A stretch of 26,474 nt of DNA, from the NCBI GenBank assembly GCA_964395555.1, contig CAYNAL010000018.1, forward strand, positions 1-26,474. The letters are read 5' to 3'. Position 1 is the stretch's first letter. Each line of letters starts with the position of its first letter. This document shows, one piece after another, positions 17,640 to 24,671 of the stretch. This DNA comes from an uncultured Candidatus Saccharibacteria bacterium. Its GTDB lineage: Bacteria; Patescibacteriota; Minisyncoccia; UBA6257; JAPLYJ01. The notes under the pieces are model-generated. The model was not told the DNA's origin and did no database searches. It saw nothing but the letters and a program-made list of their open reading frames with translations. Position numbers and translations under genes: made by a program.

Positions 17640-17666
17640 GAAGGGGGTTGAAATTCAACCCCCTTC
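17640..17666 (+). terminator. Strong hairpin after the small gene
   Basis: GAAGGGGGTTGA-AAT-TCAACCCCCTTC, a 12-bp stem. The 3' tract is TCTCTT rather than poly-T. Confidence 0.7.
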
Positions 17667-17748
17667 TCTCTTACAAATTGGCTTAAAATGAGCCAATTTT
17701 TATTATCATAATTTGCCGCCAAAGAAAAAATTTGTTAAAATTTTATTA

Positions 17749-17817
17749 ATGGGCAAGAATCATTGGAAACATGAAATTACTGAAAGATACCGCAAATCAT
17801 CTAATTTTAAGGCTTAA
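17749..17817 (+). CDS. Possible 22-aa leaderless small ORF
   Basis: MGKNHWKHEITERYRKSSNFKA, starting 7 nt after extended -10 TGTTAAAAT (17733-17741). Confidence 0.3.
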   Translation: MGKNHWKHEITERYRKSSNFKA

Positions 17818-17852
17818 TTATTTTAAAAAAATATAACCGTTAACCATACCTT

Positions 17853-18911
17853 ATGAATTTAGAAGAAAACAATTTAAAATTTATATCTATAGCTGATAAA
17901 ACATCTTACGATACATATGTTGAAGCTATTGATTTTCCTCCCTTAGTACAATCTTGGGGATATGGAGATTGGCAAAAACAAATGGGTAGAACTATTGCTC
18001 ACTACCAGCTTAAAAAAGAAAACAAAATTTTAGCTAGCTGCCAAATAGTTATTTGTCCTTTACCCTATCATCAAAAATATCTGTATATCCCCCATGGCCC
18101 TATTATCAAAGAGTCTTTGTCTTTAGACCAAGAAATCTTTTTACTTTCTGAAATAGAAAAAATAGGTAAGCGAGAGAAGGTCATGTTTATCAGAATTGAT
18201 CCTTGGCCACAAAACATTGATTTTTTAAAACACAAACAATGGCAGAAGGCTCCTTTAGAAAGTTATCGTTCTTCGTATTTTCAACCTAGATTTGAATGGA
18301 TTCTTGATTTAAAACAATCCCCAGATGAATTATTGTCCCAAATGCGTCCCCACAATAGATATTACATCAAACAAGCAGAACACAAAGGTATTATTGTGGA
18401 AAAGATCTTAGGTAAAGAAATTTTTAATTATTTAGATGTTTTTTATAAGTTAATGTTAGAAACTAGTAAAAGAGGCAAATTTTCTTTGCATCCATATCTA
18501 TATTATGAATCACTTTTCAAAAATGAAGCTAACCTTGATCTGGAACTCTTTATCACTAAATACGAAAATGAAATTTTAGCTATCAATGTTATTTTTTATT
18601 TTGGAAATGTAGCTAACTGGGTTTTTGGAGCTTCGTCTGATAAATATAGACAATTAAACCTCACATATTTAGCTCAATGGAAAACTATTTTAACTGCTCA
18701 AGAAAAAAAATGTACATCATATTCGTTTGGCGGTGTTTATAACCCTGGTTATCCTCATATATATAAAGATTATTCAAAGGTAACAGATTACAAAAAAAGA
18801 TATGGTGGTAAATATTTAAATTATTCTGAATCATACATTCTCACTATTGATAAAATAACTACCTTCTTTTACCATGGTCGCAAAAAAATAAAATCTTTTC
18901 TACACTCTTAG
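17853..18911 (+). CDS. FemABX-family peptidoglycan bridge (lipid II aminoacyl) transferase
   Basis: VQSWGYGDW, YIPHGP, FIRIDP, RYYIKQAEHKG, YLAQWKTI and YKKRYGG, giving the tandem-GNAT FemABX pattern. Confidence 0.88.
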   Translation: MNLEENNLKFISIADKTSYDTYVEAIDFPPLVQSWGYGDWQKQMGRTIAHYQLKKENKILASCQIVICPLPYHQKYLYIPHGPIIKESLSLDQEIFLLSEIEKIGKREKVMFIRIDPWPQNIDFLKHKQWQKAPLESYRSSYFQPRFEWILDLKQSPDELLSQMRPHNRYYIKQAEHKGIIVEKILGKEIFNYLDVFYKLMLETSKRGKFSLHPYLYYESLFKNEANLDLELFITKYENEILAINVIFYFGNVANWVFGASSDKYRQLNLTYLAQWKTILTAQEKKCTSYSFGGVYNPGYPHIYKDYSKVTDYKKRYGGKYLNYSESYILTIDKITTFFYHGRKKIKSFLHS

Positions 18912-18950
18912 ATTTACTATTTGATAAAGAAATGCTAGATTTAATTTTAC

Positions 18951-19024
18951 GGGCGCATAGCTCAGCTGGTTAGAGCGTCTGCTTTACACGCAGAAGGCCT
19001 CCCGTCCGAATCGGGATGCGCCCA
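18951..19024 (+). tRNA. tRNA-Val(TAC)
   Basis: GGGCGCA acceptor stem, TCTGC-TTTACAC-GCAGA arm, atypical TCCGAAT T-loop. Confidence 0.93.
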
Positions 19025-19040
19025 CATTTGCTCCATAATC

Positions 19041-19069
19041 TTGAATTTTTTTCAAATTATGGTTAGAAT
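19041..19069 (+). promoter_or_regulatory. Promoter of tRNA-Phe-rpsA
   Basis: TTGAAT, 17-nt spacer, TAGAAT. Confidence 0.65.
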
Positions 19070-19098
19070 AAACACAATCTAAATTTTAAGCCATATTG

Positions 19099-19170
19099 GC
19101 CGGAGTAGCTCAGTGGTAGAGCGAATGCCTGAAGAGCATTGCGTCGAGTGTCCGATTCACTCCTCCGGCA
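19099..19170 (+). tRNA. tRNA-Phe(GAA)
   Basis: GCCGGAG acceptor stem, AATGC-CTGAAGA-GCATT arm with G37, atypical TCCGATT T-loop. Confidence 0.93.
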
Positions 19171-19172
19171 CT

Positions 19173-20246
19173 ATGTTTAAAAAAACTAACAATTTGTTTA
19201 GTGCCCAGAGCCGGCAAAAGCCTGGCGAGCTGGTAGAAGGTGCGGTCTTAGAAAAAAAGAACCGTTGCCTTTTTGTAGATCTCGGGATTTTAGGTACGGG
19301 TATCGTACGTGGTGAAGAATATTTTAAAGCCAAAGATACCATAAAAGACTTGAAACCAGGAGATCTTGTTTCTGCTAGAGTTAACGAAGACGAAAATGAT
19401 GACGGTTTTGTTGAATTGTCTTTAAAAGACATCAGCAAAGAAAAAAATTGGCAAATCTTAAAAGAAATGGCCAAAAACAATGAGATTACCAGTGTTAAAA
19501 TCGTAGATTCTAATTCCGGTGGACTCATGGCTGAAGTTTTAGGATTAAAAGGTTTTTTACCTGCTTCACAATTAACCAGTAATCATTATCCTAAAGTAGA
19601 AGGCGGAGAAAAAGAACGCGTAGCTGAAGAATTAAAAAAATTGATAGGTCAAGAATTTAAAGTAAAAATTCTCGATGTGGAACCCAATAGTCAAAAATTA
19701 ATTCTTTCAGAAAAAGCAGCTGAATACGGAGACATCAAAGATTTGATTGCACAATACAAAATAAACGATATTGTTGATTGTGTTGTTTCTAAAATTACAG
19801 ATTTTGGGGCTTTTGTAAAATTTGGAGACCCATCTATAGATGGCCTTGTTCATATTTCCGAATTTGATTATAAATTAGTGGCTAACCCTTCTGAATTTAT
19901 TAAAGAAGGAGAAAGCATTAAAGCTCAAATTATCAGCATGGATAACAATCGTGTTTCCTTGTCTCTCAAAACCTTAAAACTTGATCCTTGGGAAGAAATA
20001 GAGAAAAAATACCAAGTAGGAGAAGCCTATCCAGGTAAGGTAGCCCATCAAGGTAATTTTGGATATTTAGTAGAATTGGAACCTGATATCATTGGTATCT
20101 ACAAACATCCTCATTCTGTTGAAAAAACAGATGAATTGGTTATAGACCAAACATATCCATTCACCATTATTTCCTTAGATAGAAAATCAAGGCATATCAT
20201 ATTAAGTTTAGCTGAAAAACAGAAAGACGATACTAAAACAGAATAA
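19173..20246 (+). CDS. rpsA: Ribosomal protein bS1-like, about four S1 domains
   Basis: Repeated S1 motifs (GFVELSLK, GFLPASQL, DFGAFVKF, GLVHISE). The start is moved from 19113 to 19173 because the earlier codons lie inside tRNA-Phe. Confidence 0.88.
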   Translation: MFKKTNNLFSAQSRQKPGELVEGAVLEKKNRCLFVDLGILGTGIVRGEEYFKAKDTIKDLKPGDLVSARVNEDENDDGFVELSLKDISKEKNWQILKEMAKNNEITSVKIVDSNSGGLMAEVLGLKGFLPASQLTSNHYPKVEGGEKERVAEELKKLIGQEFKVKILDVEPNSQKLILSEKAAEYGDIKDLIAQYKINDIVDCVVSKITDFGAFVKFGDPSIDGLVHISEFDYKLVANPSEFIKEGESIKAQIISMDNNRVSLSLKTLKLDPWEEIEKKYQVGEAYPGKVAHQGNFGYLVELEPDIIGIYKHPHSVEKTDELVIDQTYPFTIISLDRKSRHIILSLAEKQKDDTKTE

Positions 20247-20253
20247 GGAAAAC

Positions 20254-20280
20254 AAAAACTCTGCAATTTGCAGAGTTTTT
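20254..20280. terminator. Bidirectional intrinsic terminator
   Basis: AAAAACTCTGC-AATTT-GCAGAGTTTTT between convergent rpsA and hup. Confidence 0.85.
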
Positions 20281-20300
20281 GAAAACCAATGTATTTAAAT

Positions 20301-20573
20301 CTATTTTACTGCATCCTTTAATCCTTTGCCTGCTTTGAATTTAGGCACTTTGGTAGCAGCAATACTAATCTTTTCTCCGGTTCTAGGATTAACACCCATA
20401 CGAGCAGATCTTCTCTTAACAGTAAAGGTACCAAAACCTGTTACTGTAACATCTTCTTCGCGAGACAAGGTTTTAGCTATACCATCAAAAATTTCATTAA
20501 TTAATTCAGCAGCATCTTTCTTGGAGCATTCTAGCTTAGCTACCACAATTTCTGCTAAGTTTTCTTTGGTCAT
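20301..20573 (-). CDS. hup: DNA-binding protein HU
   Basis: MTKENL, VTGFGTFTVKRRSARMGVNPRTGEKI and VPKFKAGKGLKDAVK. Confidence 0.96.
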   Translation of the reverse strand: MTKENLAEIVVAKLECSKKDAAELINEIFDGIAKTLSREEDVTVTGFGTFTVKRRSARMGVNPRTGEKISIAATKVPKFKAGKGLKDAVK

Positions 20574-20616
20574 ATTATTAAATATATTAAAGTTAATTTT
20601 GTTTTTTACCCTGATC

Positions 20617-20629
20617 TCGACCTTTAAAA
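20617..20629 (-). promoter_or_regulatory. Leader motif TTTTAAAGGTCGA, copy 2, in the loop of an ACCCTGA/TCAGGGT hairpin
   Basis: 43 nt upstream of the hup ATG and downstream of promoter TTGCTT-18-TATAAT (20688-20659). Confidence 0.4.
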
Positions 20630-20703
20630 CTCAGGGTTTTAATGTTTATTTATTACCTATTATACCAAATCTGGCTTAAATAAAGCAAACTTGTAATCCA
20701 CAA

Positions 20704-22230
20704 TTATTTGGCAAACTCTATCACCCTGGTTTCTCTAATAACCATAACTTTAATTTCTCCGGCATAGTTAACTTCCGCTTCTATCTTATTAGCTGTATCT
20801 CTAGCTAATTTCATGGCACCTAAGTCATCAATCTTGTCTGGGAAAACAAAGATACGCAATTCCCTGCCTGCTTGAATAGCATAGGCTTTTTCTACACCTT
20901 CAAAAGATGTAGCAATTCTTTCTAAATCTGTTAATCGTTTAATATATTTTTCTAAAGTTTCTCTACGCGCTCCTGGTCTAGCTGCTGACAAAGCATCTGC
21001 GGTATTTACAATAGCAGCTTCTATAGATTCAGTAGGAAAATCTTCATGATGAGATTGCATACCTTTGATAATCTCGGGTCTGATATTGTATTTCTGCAAA
21101 ATCTTAATACCTAATTCTAAATGTGCTCCTTCTATCTCATGATCTACGGCTTTACCAATATCATGTAACAAACCAGCTGTTTTAGCTATATCTACATTAG
21201 CACCTAATTCAGCAGCTAACATACGACTAAAAGTAGCTACTTCTATAGAATGAAGCAAGACATTTTGCCCATAGCTAGTACGATATGCTAAACGTCCTAA
21301 AAGATATACTATTTCTGGAGGTAAATTTAAAGCCCCTATCTCATAAACAGCTTCTTCTCCTGCCTTTTCAGTCCTTTCCTTGATTTCTTTTTGAGCTTCT
21401 AATATCTTATCTTCAATACGTGCTGGCTGAATGCGGCCATCTACAATTAATTTCTCTAAAGCTAATTTAGCTATCTCTCTTCTAACAGGATCAAAAGATG
21501 AAAGTGAAATAGCCTCAGGTGCTTCATCAATGATGACTTCTACGCCTGTTAATTTTTCAAAATGTCTAATATTTCTACCTTCTCTACCAATAATTTTTCC
21601 TTTTAAATCTTCTGAAGGTAAAACTACAGTAGAAGTAGTCATTTCGCTAATATTAGAACGAGCGTAACGTTGCATAACAGAGCTCATAATCTCTTGAGCC
21701 TTTTTTTCTAATTCTGCACGCCTGACACCTTCTAATTTTTTTAAAGATTGAGTTAAATCTTCTTTACTATTACTTTCTATTCTTTTTAACAATTCTTCTT
21801 TGGCTTCATCTTGACTTAAATGAGCAATTTTCTCTAAACTCTCATTCTCGCTTTGACGCATTTTATCTAAGTCTAATTTAAAAGCTTTAACCTTTTCTAC
21901 AGCTGCTTCTAAATCCTTACTACGACTATCTAATTCTATATGCCTCTTATCCATGAGCTCTTCTCTATGCAAAATTCTCTCTTCATTTTTGTCTAAAAGC
22001 TCTTTTCTTTTTTTTTCTTCAATTTTAATCTCTTCTAGCAATCTTACTGACTTATCCTTGGCATCCAAGATGATTTCTTTTGCTTCATCTTTAGATTGCT
22101 GAATCTTCAAAGTGAGCTTAGCTTCGATCGAATTGGATTGACTTTTAGCTATCTGCTGGCGGATAAGATATCCTAAGAAAAATCCAACAGCGCTTAAAAC
22201 CAAGCCAACTATTATGGTGTTTCCTGTCAT
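20704..22230 (-). CDS. rny: Ribonuclease Y
   Basis: N-terminal TM, coiled coil, KH domain (KGKIIGREGRNIR), HD domain (LLHDIGKAVDHE) and C-terminal VIRETR. Confidence 0.97.
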   Translation of the reverse strand: MTGNTIIVGLVLSAVGFFLGYLIRQQIAKSQSNSIEAKLTLKIQQSKDEAKEIILDAKDKSVRLLEEIKIEEKKRKELLDKNEERILHREELMDKRHIELDSRSKDLEAAVEKVKAFKLDLDKMRQSENESLEKIAHLSQDEAKEELLKRIESNSKEDLTQSLKKLEGVRRAELEKKAQEIMSSVMQRYARSNISEMTTSTVVLPSEDLKGKIIGREGRNIRHFEKLTGVEVIIDEAPEAISLSSFDPVRREIAKLALEKLIVDGRIQPARIEDKILEAQKEIKERTEKAGEEAVYEIGALNLPPEIVYLLGRLAYRTSYGQNVLLHSIEVATFSRMLAAELGANVDIAKTAGLLHDIGKAVDHEIEGAHLELGIKILQKYNIRPEIIKGMQSHHEDFPTESIEAAIVNTADALSAARPGARRETLEKYIKRLTDLERIATSFEGVEKAYAIQAGRELRIFVFPDKIDDLGAMKLARDTANKIEAEVNYAGEIKVMVIRETRVIEFAK

Positions 22231-22370
22231 ATTTTTTGTTGGCGAACGCCAATTTGTTCATCAAATTATAAAATCTGCTTGCAAAACAGCGTTCTAATGT
22301 TTAGGTTGATAATTCTAGACTATAATAATCGACATTACTAACACTTCCAATATATATGATTGGTAAATCT

Positions 22371-22399
22371 TTGTCAAAAACAAAAAAATGTTATAGAAT
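22371..22399 (+). promoter_or_regulatory. Promoter of the gpmI operon
   Basis: TTGTCA, 17-nt spacer, TAGAAT. It lies inside the over-long ORF-track call, which supports ATG 22426. Confidence 0.65.
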
Positions 22400-22425
22400 A
22401 CTACGCAGATAAAATATTTTTAAAA

Positions 22426-24018
22426 ATGAATTCTAAAAAAATCTGTTTATTACTTTTGGATGGCTGGGGTATAGGTGAAAAAAATATGTCTAATCCTATT
22501 GCTCAAGCTAAATTACCTCATATTGATGAAATCAAATCTTATTATCCTTTTACCAGCTTACAAGCTTCTGGTATTGCCATTGGCTTACCTTGGCAAGAGG
22601 AAGGCAACAGCGAAGTTGGCCATTTAGCTATTGGTGCAGGCAGAATTATTTACCAATATTATCCTAGAATTAACATGGCTATTGACGATGGTTCTTTTTT
22701 TACCAATCCTGCTATTAGTTCCATATTTCAAAAAGCTAAAGAAAAAAATACCGCTTGCCACATTATTGGACTGCTAACTAGTGGTAATGTTCACAGCGCT
22801 TACAACCATATCGTAGCTTTGATAGATGCTGCTAAAAAAAACAATATTAAAAATCTCCGTTTACATCTTTTTACTGATGGCAGAGACGCACCTCCTAATG
22901 ATGGCTTGGAACTCATTAAAAAACTACAAACAGATCTTAAAAACAGGGGTGTAGGTAAAGTTGCTAGTCTTTGCGGTCGTTTCTATGGTATGGACCACGA
23001 AGAAAACTGGGGACGATTACAAAGATTTTGGAATTTAGCTATCAAAGGAGAGGGAGCTATTGTTTCTGACCCAGAACAATATTTGATAGATAGCTATAAA
23101 AAAGAAATAACTGACGAATTTATTGAACCAGTTTTAATTGTAGAAGAAGGTCAAGACAAAAATTGGGGTACTATCAAAGAAAATGATTCTGTGTTTTTCT
23201 TTAATTTTAGAGAAGATGGCATCAAACAAATCTTAGAGCCTTTTATTAAAAATGATTTTAATAAATTCCCAGCCTTAAAACCCGCTAACCTATATATTTC
23301 CTCTATGACTGAGATAGACCCTGCTAACAGCATTCCTGTAGCTTTTCCCAAACAAATAGTAGAACATTCTTTGTCACAAGTACTTTCTGAAAATGGTAAG
23401 AGACAACTACATTTAGCTGAATCTGCAAAATACGCTCATGCTACATATTTTTTTAATGGTTTAAAAGAAAAACCATATTCTGGAGAATATTGGGTCATTG
23501 TGCCTTCAGCAAAAACTTTACATCACGAAGAAAATATTGAACTCATGGCACCGGTGATTACCGAACGTCTTTGCCAAGCCATGGATGAAAAAATATATGA
23601 TTTCATTTTTGTTAATTATGCTAATGCTGATTTAATTGGTCATACTGGTAATTTTGATGCTGCTATCAGCTGTGCTGAATTTTTAGACGGAGAAATAGGT
23701 AAAGTTATGGCAGCCTGTCAAAAAAACGATGTTATTCTAATTATTACCGCTGATCATGGCAATGTAGAAAAAATGATGGATCCATTTACAGGGCGACCTC
23801 AAACTCAGCACGATATTAGTCCTGTGCCTTTCTATTTAATCCATGATCAATTTAAGTTAGCTAATCCTCGATCACCAGAAATGGTGAACAATCAAGAAAG
23901 AAGCGTTGGCGGAGTCATCAGTGATATTGCTCCTACTATTTTAAAAATTTTTGATATTCCCATACCTACCCAAATGAACGGACACAACTTATTACCCATA
24001 GTAGGGGTCACTAATTAA
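22426..24018 (+). CDS. gpmI: 2,3-bisphosphoglycerate-independent phosphoglycerate mutase, divergent
   Basis: LLDGWG, GNSEVGH, TDGRD, NYANADLIGHTG, ITADHGN and TQH motifs. Confidence 0.88.
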   Translation: MNSKKICLLLLDGWGIGEKNMSNPIAQAKLPHIDEIKSYYPFTSLQASGIAIGLPWQEEGNSEVGHLAIGAGRIIYQYYPRINMAIDDGSFFTNPAISSIFQKAKEKNTACHIIGLLTSGNVHSAYNHIVALIDAAKKNNIKNLRLHLFTDGRDAPPNDGLELIKKLQTDLKNRGVGKVASLCGRFYGMDHEENWGRLQRFWNLAIKGEGAIVSDPEQYLIDSYKKEITDEFIEPVLIVEEGQDKNWGTIKENDSVFFFNFREDGIKQILEPFIKNDFNKFPALKPANLYISSMTEIDPANSIPVAFPKQIVEHSLSQVLSENGKRQLHLAESAKYAHATYFFNGLKEKPYSGEYWVIVPSAKTLHHEENIELMAPVITERLCQAMDEKIYDFIFVNYANADLIGHTGNFDAAISCAEFLDGEIGKVMAACQKNDVILIITADHGNVEKMMDPFTGRPQTQHDISPVPFYLIHDQFKLANPRSPEMVNNQERSVGGVISDIAPTILKIFDIPIPTQMNGHNLLPIVGVTN

Positions 24019-24058
24019 TTAGGCTTGCTTTTTCTCATTAAAACAGTAATATATGTAA

Positions 24059-24430
24059 ATGTTAAAGCTTTTATTGAAAATCTGCATTTTAACAGCTGGT
24101 TGCGCCTTAGCGCTTTACCTCTGTAGCCTATATCTGAAAGGCTTTGAATTAAATGGTGGGATCATTCCTCTTTTAGAATTAAGCTTTGTTTTAGCTCTAA
24201 TCAGCGCCACCATCAAACCTCTTGTCCAGTTCTTCTTAAAACCTTTGATCTGGTTAACTCTGGGACTTCTAAGCTTAGTTATCAATGTTTTGATTTTAAA
24301 AGCCTCTATGGCAGCTTTCCCAGGGATAATAAACATCAGCCAAACTTCCAGTTTAATTATTGCCACTTTCGTTATCAGCATTATTAGTTCTATAATTCAT
24401 ACTTTTTTTAAAATTAATAAACATGATTAA
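24059..24430 (+). CDS. 4-TM 'phage holin family' (YvlD-like) membrane protein
   Basis: Four TM helices with IKPLVQFFLKPLIWLTLGLLSLVIN. Confidence 0.75.
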   Translation: MLKLLLKICILTAGCALALYLCSLYLKGFELNGGIIPLLELSFVLALISATIKPLVQFFLKPLIWLTLGLLSLVINVLILKASMAAFPGIINISQTSSLIIATFVISIISSIIHTFFKINKHD

Positions 24431-24656
24431 AATATTAGAAATAGCACAAATTGTAATAGGTATTATACTTATTGGTCTTATTCTAATTCAACAAAGAGGA
24501 GGAGGACTTAGTTCTGCTTTTGGCGGAGGTGGTGGTCAATTCTACGGTACACGCAGAGGTTTAGAAAAAACCATCTTCGGTGCTACCATAGCATTAAGCG
24601 TAATTTTTGTGGTTTTAGCTTTGTCTTTTCTCTATCTCAAAAATTTACCTTTATAG
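24423..24656 (+). CDS. secG: Preprotein translocase subunit SecG
   Basis: ILIQQRGGGLSSAFGG and RRGLEKTIF between two TM helices. Confidence 0.93.
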   Translation: MIKILEIAQIVIGIILIGLILIQQRGGGLSSAFGGGGGQFYGTRRGLEKTIFGATIALSVIFVVLALSFLYLKNLPL

Positions 24657-24671
24657 TTTTTAAATTTTTAA

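Noticed and set aside
17498-17722. 74-aa Cys-rich antisense ORF as a partner of the small GC-rich gene
   Set aside because: It runs through both hairpins and has no SD or promoter that I could see. The plus-strand gene carries all the signals.
19113-19172. GTG start and 20-aa extension of rpsA
   Set aside because: It lies inside tRNA-Phe.
22360-22425. N-terminal extension of gpmI
   Set aside because: It contains a well-spaced promoter, and family homology begins at MNSKKICLLLLDGWG.
24059-24430. Holin-family gene as evidence of a prophage
   Set aside because: It sits in a gpmI-secG housekeeping run with no lysin or other phage genes. This family is commonly chromosomal.
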